Assembly (NCBI GenBank): GCA_963649665.1
Contig: CAVJJO010000001.1
Span: 6,435 to 70,434, forward strand
DNA length: 64,000 nucleotides
Reading direction: 5' to 3'
Origin: Bacteroidaceae bacterium
GTDB lineage: Bacteria; Bacteroidota; Bacteroidia; Bacteroidales; Bacteroidaceae
This document shows positions 36,201 to 45,589 of the stretch, in pieces. A program made the position numbers and the translations under genes. The number at the start of each line of letters is the position of its first letter. Position 1 is the stretch's first letter. Under the pieces are notes generated by a model. It was not told the origin of the DNA. It made no database searches and saw only the letters and a list, made by a program, of their open reading frames with translations.

Positions 36201-37568
36201 CACATTACCGACTACACCGTCATCCCGCCCGTATATCTCGACCGCATTTGCCTTGACGACCCTACGCCGCAGAACCTTGCAGCGCAGCAGCTCGTGGCAA
36301 AGAAGGATCACGTGGCCGTGGGCGACGACGTGAACTTCACGCTCACCGTCAACAACAAGGGTACGCGTGAAGCCGACAACTACCGCGTGTGTCTCTACCG
36401 CGACGGGCTTTGCGTAGACTCCGTGGCAGGACGCGCCGTAGCAGCGGAAGCCTACACCACGGTACAGCTCCACGACGCGCCCAATGCCGATGCTTCCGAA
36501 ACGAGCCGCTACACCGCCACCATAGACTGGGACGACGATGCCGACCTCTCGGACAACACTTCGCCCACGTGCGTAGTCACCGTGCTTCCCGGCCAACCGT
36601 TCATCCGCCGCGTGCAAGCAGCCAAGGACAACGGCAGCGTGAAGCTCTCCTGGGAAGAACCCGAAGGCATTGCCGCAGGCACCGAAGCCGCCACCGTGAC
36701 GGAGGACTTCGAATCGTATGCCGCATTCACCATCAGCCACTTCGGTGAATGGAGCCTCCACGACGGCGACCGACAGACCACGCTCGGCATTCAGGACGGC
36801 ACGGGCTACTTCGTGCAGTACGACAATGTGGAGTCGCCCATGGCGTTCCAGATTTTCAACCCCTCGGCTGCAAATCTCAGCAGCTACTACTTCCCCACCC
36901 ATTCGGGTAAGCAAGTGGCAGCCGCCTTCAACGCTGGGCGCTACACCGCCAACGACGACTGGCTCATCTCGCCCGAAGTGGACGGCGCACAGACCATCAC
37001 GTTCTGGGCATGCAGTCCCGACGCCAGCTACTACGGTACGCAAGAGCAGATGGAAGTGCTCTACTCCACTACCGACACGCTCACCGAACACTTCACAAAG
37101 CTCGGCAGCACCTACACCGTGCCCGGGAAGTGGACGCAATACAGCGTGGCGCTCCCCGAGGGCACACGCCACTTTGCAATCCGTTGCACCTCGCTCGACC
37201 AGTACATCCTCTTCGTCGACGACATCACTTACCGCAAAGCGCCGCGCGACTTCCGTCTGCTCGGCTACAACGTCTACCGCAACGGCACGCTCCTCACTCC
37301 CGCACCCATAACTTCCACGAGCTACACCGACGCTTTCTCTTCCGAAGCCGACTACAAGGTAAGCGCCGTGTACAACACGGGTGAAAGCCGGCAGACCCAA
37401 GCAGAGTGGGGCACGCCCTCAGCCATCAGCAACGTAAGCGCCGATGCTTCAGCACCCGCTGCCGTTTACGACGCCCAAGGCCGACTCCTTCCCTCCACTA
37501 CGCTGCCCTCCGCCCATGGTGTCTACATCGTGCGCAAAGGCGGAAAAACGGTGAAGGTGATGAGATGA
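33267..37568 (+). CDS. large secreted adhesin-like protein, paralog of the upstream gene
   Basis: Same domain order; DDWLITP / DDWLISP, RHFAIRC, GYNVYRNG, VYDAQGR...GVYIVRK CTD. Confidence 0.8.
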   Translation: MIRPLLFTLALGAFAASAQAQQSAALPDIYGSVVFGHGWEDMGDNAPYGIYSVPPTDGSAIKLVKAGKQYHAIGGGVYVDGRYYLVDYSTLQTEGAVYFRTYDVADGWKLLREEPLSSLESIASDLTYDPVTDQIFGCFVDAATYSSESKTYFFGTLNPLTGASTHIASLPEELICLAANREGELYGIGALGALYKVDKTSGAVTKIGESNRQVKYAQSATFDYASGRLLWAMTPHYTDESPEVCEVNLQTGAATTLTTIPERYELTGIYTLSPFTLDGAPARPANFECNYSEGALSGTVAFDVPTATFAGGTLGGNLRYEVKLDGEIADEGTLEAGAKRFTLRADLERGMHEVKVAVSNATGRSPYAIKDFWAGADVAQAVAPTATKVNDTDVSVQWTAPTEGIHGGYIHADGLSYMVTRMPDGVKLYEGTATSMTDKNVDRLSFDSYYYQVTARVDGTDGQAAYTTPMHLGKTLHLPYLQGFNSEMEASTMTIENRNNDCSTWEYYDMGMVYGLSDDEKDADDWLITPAFTLSADSVYHVSIDASTDEGATETLGIFAGAAPKGDAMTQTIVPHTAVTNVPYQSYGGYFRPAATGTCYVGIHAASTYADGSYLYADNLRVDLVASVYAPAAATNVSALPQGTEQKVQLSFAAPSTDYVGNTLSSISRIEVVRTTDGEKVATLTDAVPGKLYTLTDEPYDEGTNDYLVTAYNDYGAGIPVSASAYVGLDTPAAVTDVKLSATDDGQVTLSWKAPETGLHGGNIDPAALTYRVGNLNGTESATTIVSETSYSEQVTLTEGTQRLTWYTIQPRNTKGQGRKVQTDTIFVGAPYDMPYNESFKLRSLERGPWNTLNSDLAEWNLLQYGSYTDAADNDNGLIAFSTLSEGSEAQLVSPKISLNGGTQPRLTFYLWNMKRAVHSLRVQLRGSGGRVYTLATITPNETDNETLDGEWKRYEIDLSSYVRLNKHVQVIFTGVGGHITDYTVIPPVYLDRICLDDPTPQNLAAQQLVAKKDHVAVGDDVNFTLTVNNKGTREADNYRVCLYRDGLCVDSVAGRAVAAEAYTTVQLHDAPNADASETSRYTATIDWDDDADLSDNTSPTCVVTVLPGQPFIRRVQAAKDNGSVKLSWEEPEGIAAGTEAATVTEDFESYAAFTISHFGEWSLHDGDRQTTLGIQDGTGYFVQYDNVESPMAFQIFNPSAANLSSYYFPTHSGKQVAAAFNAGRYTANDDWLISPEVDGAQTITFWACSPDASYYGTQEQMEVLYSTTDTLTEHFTKLGSTYTVPGKWTQYSVALPEGTRHFAIRCTSLDQYILFVDDITYRKAPRDFRLLGYNVYRNGTLLTPAPITSTSYTDAFSSEADYKVSAVYNTGESRQTQAEWGTPSAISNVSADASAPAAVYDAQGRLLPSTTLPSAHGVYIVRKGGKTVKVMR

Positions 37569-37938
37569 TTTTAACACTGAGAATCGCGTAGAAATCACCA
37601 GACGCACATACGCTCGGAAATACGCGATTTTCAGCGTATGTAATAATGCATCTTGTTGCAGCAAAATGCATATGCATTAAGAATTCGCTGCATACTGCTG
37701 CGGAAAACGTCCCGTTGGAGCAAAAAAGGGAACCTTTCCCGTGAAAATTCCAAGGCATCTAGTAAAAATTCCCCCTAAGCCCAAAATTTTGGGCCTAGGG
37801 GGAATTTCTGTAAGACGCCTTGAAGTGACGGAAATGTGCTGAAAAGAGGCAAAAAGTCATCGCTCTTCTCTCTAGTTTGAACCTCGCAGACGAAAAAACG
37901 AAGGGCGCAAAATTAACGATTGAAAGGTTTGTTTACGA
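37569..37938 (+). repeat. ~370-bp dispersed element, copy B
   Basis: Begins immediately after the stop codon with TTTTAACACTGAGAATCGCGTAGAAATCACC; colinear with copy A. Confidence 0.85.
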
Positions 37939-38222
37939 TGCCTCCGTCTCGACGGCGCTCTGCGGCTTCCCGGAGGCTTCTGCGTGGCTATTCCCTCTAT
38001 GGGCGTGACGTTTCCAAACGCTTCGCCCTATGCGAGCCTTGAGCTGAAACGCATGCTGGCGCCGGCGCATGGGCGAAAATGAATAAATGCTCGCTTAGAG
38101 AAAATTCCAGGTCTGAAATAACTTTCCAAGGCTTGGAATTTTTGTTTACCAAATAGGTTGGCTATATTTGCACGTAGCGACATATGGCCCATCGGCCCAT
38201 TACTAAAAAAGAAAGACCTTTC

Positions 38223-38729
38223 ATGAAACGAATGCTACTCTCTGCCGTCATGCTCTTCGCTGTGCTGACGGCCATGGCGCAAAGCCAAATTAAGTACGGC
38301 TACCTCAGTTACAACACCATACTCCGTTCCATGCCCGACTACACCGAGGCGCAGCGGCAGATGGGCGAATTGAAGAAAAAGTATGAAGCTGAGGCTTCCT
38401 ACAACGAGCAGAACTTCAAGCGCCAGTTTGCCGAATTTCTCCAGGGGCAGAAGGACTTTCCGCAGAACATTCTGCTCAAGCGCCAGCGTAGCCTTCAGGA
38501 CGCCATGGAGAAAAGCCTCAGTTTCCGCCACGACGCAGACAGTCTGCTCAAAGTGGCCGAAACGGAAGCCCTGGCTCCCGTGCGCAAACGCCTCGACGAC
38601 GCCATCCGTGCCGTCGGTCTTGAGCATGGCTATGAATACATCGTCAACACCGACGCCAACACCTATCCCTTCCTGCACCACTCCGTAGCTGAAGACGCCA
38701 CTGCCTACGTCGAAGCAAAACTTAAGTAA
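38223..38729 (+). CDS. skp: OmpH/Skp-family periplasmic chaperone
   Basis: Signal peptide, KYGYLSYNTILRSMPDY, coiled coil, GYEYIVN; upstream of murI; TATATTTG box at 38163-38170. Confidence 0.85.
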   Translation: MKRMLLSAVMLFAVLTAMAQSQIKYGYLSYNTILRSMPDYTEAQRQMGELKKKYEAEASYNEQNFKRQFAEFLQGQKDFPQNILLKRQRSLQDAMEKSLSFRHDADSLLKVAETEALAPVRKRLDDAIRAVGLEHGYEYIVNTDANTYPFLHHSVAEDATAYVEAKLK

Positions 38730-38735
38730 CAGCCC

Positions 38736-39560
38736 ATGACTCCTATAGGCGTTTTCGACTCAGGATACGGCGGACTCACCATTCTCCGCCAAATACGCCA
38801 GCTCCTGCCGCAATACGACTACCTCTACTTGGGCGACAACGCCCGTGCCCCGTATGGTTCCCATTCCTACGACGTGATATACGAATACACCTTGCAGGCC
38901 GTGGAATATCTCTTCGCCCAAGGCTGTCCGCTCGTCATCCTGGCGTGCAACACGGCTTCGGCCAAAGCGTTGCGAACCATTCAGGAACGCGACCTGCAAC
39001 GGCTCGACCCCACCAAGCGCGTGCTCGGCGTGATACGCCCCACGGTGGAAGCCATCGGGCCGCTCACGCAAACGCGCCACGTGGGACTCCTCGGCACCGC
39101 AGGCACGGTAAATTCGGGTTCCTACACCATGGAAATCCACAAGCTCTGGCCCGACATCCAACTCACGGGGCAGGCTTGCCCCATGTGGGTGCCGCTCGTG
39201 GAAAACTACGAGTTCGACTCTCCCGGAGCGGACTATTTCGTGAAGAAACGCATCGATGCCATACTCCGCATCGACCCGCAGATAGACACTCTCATACTCG
39301 GATGCACGCACTATCCGCTCCTCATGAACAAAATAGTGAAATACACGCCGCCCGGCGTGCGCATCGTGCCGCAAGGCGAATATGTGGCGCAGAGCCTGCA
39401 GGACTATCTCGACCGACACGCCGACATGGAAGCGCGCCTGACGAAGCAGGGTTCCTGCCACTATCTCACCACGGAGAGCGCCGACAAGTTCCGCCAAAGC
39501 GCCGCCCTCTTCATGCATCAGATGGTCGACGTGGAGCACATTTCACTCGAAGAGAAATAA
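38736..39560 (+). CDS. murI: glutamate racemase
   Basis: IGVFDSGYGGLT, ILACNTAS, LGCTHYP. Confidence 0.97.
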   Translation: MTPIGVFDSGYGGLTILRQIRQLLPQYDYLYLGDNARAPYGSHSYDVIYEYTLQAVEYLFAQGCPLVILACNTASAKALRTIQERDLQRLDPTKRVLGVIRPTVEAIGPLTQTRHVGLLGTAGTVNSGSYTMEIHKLWPDIQLTGQACPMWVPLVENYEFDSPGADYFVKKRIDAILRIDPQIDTLILGCTHYPLLMNKIVKYTPPGVRIVPQGEYVAQSLQDYLDRHADMEARLTKQGSCHYLTTESADKFRQSAALFMHQMVDVEHISLEEK

Positions 39561-39584
39561 GCGGTGCCTCCACATCGCTAAACG

Positions 39585-39628
39585 AAAGCATCCCGCATTT
39601 TGCTTCTATGCAGAATGCGGGATGCTTT
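39585..39628. terminator. bidirectional terminator
   Basis: AAAGCATCCCGCATTTTGC...GCAGAATGCGGGATGCTTT. Confidence 0.75.
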
Positions 39629-40560
39629 TAGTCTTTTCCTTTGGCACGGCGCTGTTCGCGCTCCACACTTTCGCGTGTGTGTTTCCAGCGGCGGTGGCTC
39701 CAGAGCCAGAGGTAGGGGGTGTCGTTGATTTCCTGCTCAAGCCGTCGCATGTAGAGTTCGGTGAGCTTGAAGTCGGGATAGTCTTTCATGTCGTGGGTCA
39801 GACATTCAAGATGGCATTCGTAATAGCCGCGACGCGGACGGGTCACGTGGGCAAAATAGGCAGCGGCGCCCACTTTCTTGCCGATTCGTTCGGCGCCGGT
39901 AAATATCGGCGTGTCCTGGTGCAGAAAGTCCACCCAGTCGTGAATGCTCAGCGGAGACGGACTTTGGTCGGAGATGAAGCCGATGTGGCTGCGGATGCCT
40001 TTTGAGCGAAGGGTGAGAATGTGGCGGAAAGCGTCGTACTTCGAAATGTTTTCCGCACCGAACCGCGAGCGCATATGGAAGAAAAGCCGGTCGAACACGG
40101 GGTCGCGGAGCGGACGGTAGAGTTGTCCGCAGTGGTGACTGCTCCACATGCCGATGGAACTTATCCATTCCCAGTTGCCGTAGTGCCCGAGCATGAGAAA
40201 CACGAACGGCTGGTGGTCAAGTTCGGCATCCATGGCCTCTATGCCCACAACCTTCATGCGGCGCTTCATCTCCTCGGGCGTGATGGTGAGCAGTTTCACC
40301 GTTTCCACGGCATAGTCGCAGAAGAAACGGTAGAAGCGCCTTTCTATGCGCCTGCGTTCCAGCGGCGAACGGTCAGGGAACGAACGTTTGAGGTTGGTGT
40401 GCACCACGCGCCGGCGATAGCGCACCACGTAGTAAAGCACGGGAAATATAAGGTCTGATATACGGTAGAGCCACCAAAGGGGAAGGCGCGAAAGCAGGTG
40501 GAGGAGTTTGCCTCCGAGCTTGACGTACCATTTCGAGAGTGACGGAGTAGATTCTGTCAT
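39628..40560 (-). CDS. lipid A biosynthesis / lysophospholipid acyltransferase (LpxL-like)
   Basis: GHYGNWEW, ISDQ, WLWSHRRWK. Confidence 0.9.
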   Translation of the reverse strand: MTESTPSLSKWYVKLGGKLLHLLSRLPLWWLYRISDLIFPVLYYVVRYRRRVVHTNLKRSFPDRSPLERRRIERRFYRFFCDYAVETVKLLTITPEEMKRRMKVVGIEAMDAELDHQPFVFLMLGHYGNWEWISSIGMWSSHHCGQLYRPLRDPVFDRLFFHMRSRFGAENISKYDAFRHILTLRSKGIRSHIGFISDQSPSPLSIHDWVDFLHQDTPIFTGAERIGKKVGAAAYFAHVTRPRRGYYECHLECLTHDMKDYPDFKLTELYMRRLEQEINDTPYLWLWSHRRWKHTRESVEREQRRAKGKD

Positions 40561-40608
40561 ATTCTAAGAGGATGTTCTTGAGTTCATGGAAGATGGGTTA
40601 GCCGTCGG

Positions 40609-42039
40609 TCAGCGTCCGAGCCATGCTTCGGGATTGAGTTTCGACGTTTCCTTGCGGAGCTGGAAGTGGAGCGTGCAGTTGCCCGAGGCGTCGGTAGCCA
40701 CAGAGCCGAGCGTCTGGCGTGCTTCCACCTGCTGTCCGCTGCGCACGGAAATGGAACTGAGGTTGCAGTAGACGGAAAGATAGGAGCCGTGGCGCACAAT
40801 CACGTTGTACATGCCTCCGAAGGGGAACACGCTCGTCACCTCGCCACGGAATATGCAGCGCGCCTGCGCTCCGGGGCGGCCCGTGATGTTGATGCCCTTG
40901 CTGTCGAGCTGCACGCCGCGGAGCCCTTCCACGTTATACGAGCCGAAATGGGTGGTGATGGCATAAGCGCCGGTAATGGGCATGGGGAGACGTCCGCGGT
41001 TAGCGGCAAAGTTGTTGGAAAGTGCGCGGTCGGCATTGTCGGCGGCGTTGAACGAGGGCGTGGCGGTGCGCTCTTCTTCGGTCACCCTGCTGGGCTTCGA
41101 CGATGAAGCGCCTTTGTCGCGCGAAGCCGTAGCCGCCTTCGAGCCCGACTTCGACGAGGCCTGCGCCTTGCGGCGCGCAGCTTCCTCGCGCTCCTTGCGC
41201 TTCTTTTCGGCTGCCGCCTGCTCGCGTTCGCGTTTGAGCTTGGCCTGACGTGCCGCTTCGGCCTTGCGCCGCTTCTCTTCTTCGGCCTTGCGCCGACGTT
41301 CGGCCGCTGCTATCTCCTGCTGGATGAGCCGGTCAATCTGCGCATCGAGAGCGGCGGACTTCTTGCGCTGCTGGGCGATGGATGCCTGAAGCTCACGCTG
41401 CTTTTGGTTAAGTTCGTCGACCACCTGCTGCCGCTCTGCCTGCTGCCCTTGGAGCTTTTGCGTCTGCGCCTGTCCCTCGGCAAGCAACCGGTCTTTCTCC
41501 GTTTTCACGCCGAGCAGTTCGTTGCGCTTGGCCTGCACTTCGCTCTCTTTCTGGCTGATGAGTTTGGCCTGCGCGTGCTGGTAGCGCGTGAAGTCGGTCA
41601 TGTAGCGCATGCGGCGGTACATTTGTCGGAAATTCTTGGCAGAGAGAATGAACTGCCACTTCGACACTTGCATGCGGTTGCGGAACATGTAGTTCACGGC
41701 GCGGCGGTAGCGTCGCTTGCAGTCGCTCAGGTCGGCCTCAAGGAGGGCAAGTTGCTCTTCAAGCCCCTTGATGCTTGAAGCGAGCGTGGTGAGTTCGGTG
41801 TGGATGTGATCCACATACTTCTGCTGGCCTTCAATCTGCGCGTTGATCACGCGCAGGTCTGCCAGCTGGGCGTTGACGTTCTTCTTCGTGGAACGCAACA
41901 TCTTTTCCTGGTCGGCAATTTCGCGTTTCAGCGTCTGTTGCTGGTTTTGCAGTTTGCGTATGTTGCGGTTGGTCTGCGCGCCAAGTGGCGTGCACACCGT
42001 AATACAGAGAACGAAGCAGAAGAGAAGTATGCGGGTCAT
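40609..42039 (-). CDS. EnvC-like murein hydrolase activator (coiled coil plus degenerate M23)
   Basis: Long coiled coil, GRLPMPITG, VIVRHGSYLSVYCNL, LHFQLRK...LNPEAWL. Confidence 0.88.
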   Translation of the reverse strand: MTRILLFCFVLCITVCTPLGAQTNRNIRKLQNQQQTLKREIADQEKMLRSTKKNVNAQLADLRVINAQIEGQQKYVDHIHTELTTLASSIKGLEEQLALLEADLSDCKRRYRRAVNYMFRNRMQVSKWQFILSAKNFRQMYRRMRYMTDFTRYQHAQAKLISQKESEVQAKRNELLGVKTEKDRLLAEGQAQTQKLQGQQAERQQVVDELNQKQRELQASIAQQRKKSAALDAQIDRLIQQEIAAAERRRKAEEEKRRKAEAARQAKLKREREQAAAEKKRKEREEAARRKAQASSKSGSKAATASRDKGASSSKPSRVTEEERTATPSFNAADNADRALSNNFAANRGRLPMPITGAYAITTHFGSYNVEGLRGVQLDSKGINITGRPGAQARCIFRGEVTSVFPFGGMYNVIVRHGSYLSVYCNLSSISVRSGQQVEARQTLGSVATDASGNCTLHFQLRKETSKLNPEAWLGR

Positions 42040-42088
42040 ATTATATATGGAGAAGAATGCGGAGAAGAACGATTTTGCGGAAGTGTGC

Positions 42089-42937
42089 TTATTTCAGCAG
42101 TTTGCCGAGCACCTGGTCCACCGAGCGGCGGGTGTATTTCGACGATACCGTGGTGCGCGTTTCCCAGTCGGAGTCGTTCGCGAGACGGGACAGGTTGAGC
42201 TTGAGTCCTACGTCCTTTCCCGTGTCGGTAACTTTCATGCTCATGGCATTGGGGAACTGTCGTCCGTCGAATGCGCTGAAGTCGGAATAGTCGAAGCGGA
42301 ATTCGCCTTTGTCGGTATCCTTTGTTCCTTTCACCACGAGGGCGGTGAGGAGCGCGGGGTTGGGTTGGGTGAGGAAGGAGTAAGAGAGTTGCGGCGTGTT
42401 GGTAAGGGAAAGGACGGGCGTGCCGTTTTGGTACGAGAGCGTAAAGCGCGAAGCGGAGTTTGCCGCGTTGCGTTCGCCCGGCACGAAGAGTTCGTTCCAG
42501 AACACCGACTGCAGGGCGTAGAAGTCGAGATTGGCTTTCTTTAGGAAACTTACTTCGCTATAGGCGGCACGCACGTACTGCTTGTTCAGACGGTCCACGA
42601 TGAGCACGTCCTGCGGAGTAAACTCCAAGCGTCCCACCTCCATGCCGAGGAATGTGACGGAAAGCTGCACCACGTCGTTGCGCTTCATGCGAAGCGTTCC
42701 GTTGGCGCTCAAGCTTTTGCCGAGACCTTCAATCTCTACTTTCACTTTGGCGGTGAGGAACGTCTTCGTCACTTGGTTCTTTGCCACGTTCTTCACCACG
42801 GCGGCCGCTGTACTTTCCGTGGAGGAAGGTGCGGTCACGGCAGAGGAAGATGTGGTGGCGCTTCCTATATTTTTTGTGGAACGGCACGAAGCAAACGCTA
42901 CCGCACAGAGCAGTAAGGCTATGGAGAGATGTTTCAT
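42089..42937 (-). CDS. DUF4292-family lipoprotein
   Basis: Lipobox FASC; GTLRMKRNDVVQLSV...GMEVGR; conserved position between TPR and EnvC-like genes. Confidence 0.75.
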   Translation of the reverse strand: MKHLSIALLLCAVAFASCRSTKNIGSATTSSSAVTAPSSTESTAAAVVKNVAKNQVTKTFLTAKVKVEIEGLGKSLSANGTLRMKRNDVVQLSVTFLGMEVGRLEFTPQDVLIVDRLNKQYVRAAYSEVSFLKKANLDFYALQSVFWNELFVPGERNAANSASRFTLSYQNGTPVLSLTNTPQLSYSFLTQPNPALLTALVVKGTKDTDKGEFRFDYSDFSAFDGRQFPNAMSMKVTDTGKDVGLKLNLSRLANDSDWETRTTVSSKYTRRSVDQVLGKLLK

Positions 42938-42987
42938 TTCTTCTGACTGTTTGATGATAGATTAGGTATCGCCGCGCTTTCCGGCAC

Positions 42988-44745
42988 TCAGGGGCGCCCT
43001 CTTTTCAATTTGAGCAGGATGCGCTTGCGGTCGGCTTTCTTTTCGGTGAGCGAGCAAGCCTTTTGCCAGTAAGCCCTTGCCTTTTTCCTTTCGCCGGTGC
43101 GGTAGTAAATGTCGCCGGCGTGGTCGAAGAGCGAAGCGTTCTCGCGGTCGGTAGCGTCCGCGAGGCGGAGCATCTGGTCAATGAAGATGCGGGCCTGGGC
43201 GTGTTGTCCCATGCGGTAGAGCACCCAGGCATAGGTGTCGAGGTAGGTGGTATTGTCGGGCTCCGCGTCGACCGTCTGCTTGCTCATGGCGCGCGCTTTT
43301 TCAAGGTTGCGCTGGTCAAGGGAAAGGAAGTAGGCATAGTTGTTGAGGCAGAGAAGATTGCGCTCATTGTAGACCAATGCGCTGTCGTAGGCGGCATAGG
43401 CGCGCTCCTTGCGGCCGCCGTCGTGAAGCACGTCGCCCAGTTGGGCGTAGAGGTCGGAAGCGAGTTCGCGGTCGGTGTTTTCGTCTATGCGTTCCGCTCC
43501 GCGCGAAAGGGCATCGATGGCCTCTTCATCGCGGCCGAGGCGATAGAGCGCCACGCCCTCGTAGTAGTAGTAGGTCACCTCGCCCGGTTGGTACACTTCG
43601 CCTTTTCGGCAGATGTCGGCGGCTTGTTGCATATTGTCCTTCTGCAACATAATCTGCAGCAACTGCAAGCGCGCCGTGGTGTAGTCGGGTTCTATTTCGA
43701 GAATCTTCTGCAGCACGGGAATCAAAGAGTCCGCCGGCATTTTCAGACTCGCCATGTAAAAGGCGCAGAGTTCCGCCATGTCGCGAGACTCCTGCGGCTG
43801 GGCGAGGACTTTGTGGAAGAGTTCGAGCACTTCGGCGCTGTCGCCCTTGCGGTTGAGGTTGTCTATGGCGAACGACTTCATGGCTTCAATGCGAGCCGTA
43901 GTTGTGGTGCGGGGATTGAGCACAACTTGGTTGAGCAGGCCGCGGTAAAGCGAGTCGGCCTCAGCGGCTTTGTAGTAGGCGAGGAGCGAGAGCTGGGCGT
44001 AGCTGTTGTTGGGTTCGGCGGTAAGCACGTCCTTGTAGATTTCTATGGCTCGGTCGTGGTAGCCGTGCTGGTCGTAGAGGTCGCCGAGGAGCACGCGGTA
44101 GCGAAGGTCGAGGGGGTATTCGGCACAAAGGTCTTCGATGGCTTTGTAGGCGTGTTCGTCGTCCTTCATGGCAATGTAAGTCTGGAATTTCTCGAGGCTA
44201 AGCGCTTCGCTTTGCCCGTCGAGTTTCTCCAGCCGCTCGATGGAACGTATGGCACCGGCGTAGTCGCCGCTTTGCTTGTAGAGCCAGATGAGCGAGGCGA
44301 GGTTTTCCGTGGTGGCTTGGTGCTCGGAGATTTCCTCGTAGATTTGTATGGCGCCGTGGTAGTCGGCGCTGTTGGCAAGGTAGGTGCCGAGCGTTTCTTT
44401 GTAGCTGAGGTTTTCGGGGTGGAGGCGTACGGCTTTGCGCAGGAGGGAGTCGCCTTCGTGGCGCGATAGGGTGTCGGAATAGGTGGAGTACGAGAGTTTG
44501 AGCACGCCCATCTCGTAGTTTGCCTCAGGTGCGTCGGGGCAGAGTGCAAGGGCGGCGTGGAGGAGTTCGAACTCTGCGTCGATGTGCTCGGCTTCTTTTT
44601 GGCGGATGGCTTCAAGGAAAAGTTCGTTGTAGCGCCGCGGTGTTGCGTGCTGGGTGGCGGACACGGCGGCATTGTCGTCCTTCGCCGGTGACGAAGACGA
44701 CTTTTCTGCGTGCTGCGTGTGGCATGAAGCGAGCGCGCAGAGCAT
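42988..44745 (-). CDS. tetratricopeptide-repeat lipoprotein (start uncertain, 44745-44829)
   Basis: Many TPRs, LNNYAYFLS...YLDTYAWVLY; LASC lipobox. Confidence 0.85.
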   Translation of the reverse strand: MLCALASCHTQHAEKSSSSPAKDDNAAVSATQHATPRRYNELFLEAIRQKEAEHIDAEFELLHAALALCPDAPEANYEMGVLKLSYSTYSDTLSRHEGDSLLRKAVRLHPENLSYKETLGTYLANSADYHGAIQIYEEISEHQATTENLASLIWLYKQSGDYAGAIRSIERLEKLDGQSEALSLEKFQTYIAMKDDEHAYKAIEDLCAEYPLDLRYRVLLGDLYDQHGYHDRAIEIYKDVLTAEPNNSYAQLSLLAYYKAAEADSLYRGLLNQVVLNPRTTTTARIEAMKSFAIDNLNRKGDSAEVLELFHKVLAQPQESRDMAELCAFYMASLKMPADSLIPVLQKILEIEPDYTTARLQLLQIMLQKDNMQQAADICRKGEVYQPGEVTYYYYEGVALYRLGRDEEAIDALSRGAERIDENTDRELASDLYAQLGDVLHDGGRKERAYAAYDSALVYNERNLLCLNNYAYFLSLDQRNLEKARAMSKQTVDAEPDNTTYLDTYAWVLYRMGQHAQARIFIDQMLRLADATDRENASLFDHAGDIYYRTGERKKARAYWQKACSLTEKKADRKRILLKLKRGRP

Positions 44746-44848
44746 GATGAATATGTAAACTTTCCGGAGCAGGGTGTACGAATAGTGTGAAAAGTAGGTG
44801 TGAGTTACTGCTTGTAAGAAACGCTGCAAACGTGACTTTTTTGAAGCG

Positions 44849-45283
44849 TTACTTTTTTCCGCTGTGTCCGAAGCCGCCTTCGCCGCGCTCCGTTTCGTCG
44901 AGCGAGGGTACGGGTGTCCACTCTACTGTTTCGTGGCGTGCCACGACGAGCTGCGCTATGCGGTCGCCGTCGTTCACGGTGAAGGGTTCGGTAGAGAGGT
45001 TTACCATAATCACGCCGATGAGTCCGCGGTAGTCGGCGTCGATGGTTCCGGGTGTGTTGAGCAGCGTGATGCCGTGCTTGAGTGCCAGACCGGAACGCGG
45101 ACGCACTTGTGCTTCGTAGCCTTGTGGCAATGCTATGCGCAGGCCTGTGGGCACGAGGCGGCGCTCCATGGGCTGAAGCGTGAGCGGTTCGTCGAGGTTG
45201 GCGCGGAGGTCCATGCCGGCACTCAGGGGGGTGGCGTATTGGGGAAGGTCGTGGTGCGACTCGTTTACGATTTCTATTTTCAT
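44849..45283 (-). CDS. dut: dUTP diphosphatase
   Basis: [33 protein letters not shown]. Confidence 0.98.
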   Translation of the reverse strand: MKIEIVNESHHDLPQYATPLSAGMDLRANLDEPLTLQPMERRLVPTGLRIALPQGYEAQVRPRSGLALKHGITLLNTPGTIDADYRGLIGVIMVNLSTEPFTVNDGDRIAQLVVARHETVEWTPVPSLDETERGEGGFGHSGKK

Positions 45284-45589
45284 TTTCCGTAAGTGTGGTT
45301 ACTGGGCTTAGGGTGTTCCTTGCCGTGCGGTTGGAGCAAAAGTGAGCCTGCATGGTCTGTGGTAGCTCTTGCCGCAGTGTAAGGCACTGCCATAATCATG
45401 CAAAAATACGCAAAACGGGGCATACCCGCCTTTGTTTCTGCGGAAAATGCTTATTGCGGCGACTTTTTCGTACATTTGCCGAGAGCGTCTTTGGCCTAAT
45501 CCTTCTGCAATGGATTCTGTAAGGACTTTGATTGGAATGGATTGCTGCCCAAGCTCATTTTTCTCACAAAAACGATTCGTCCTATGCCC

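Noticed and set aside
33279..37400. 1373-aa antisense ORF and similar long shadow ORFs (51-1025, 25594-27483, 30709-32823, 47490-49118, 51722-53626)
   Set aside because: They lie opposite clear genes. Strong C-ending codon bias removes antisense stops, and the translations have no motifs.
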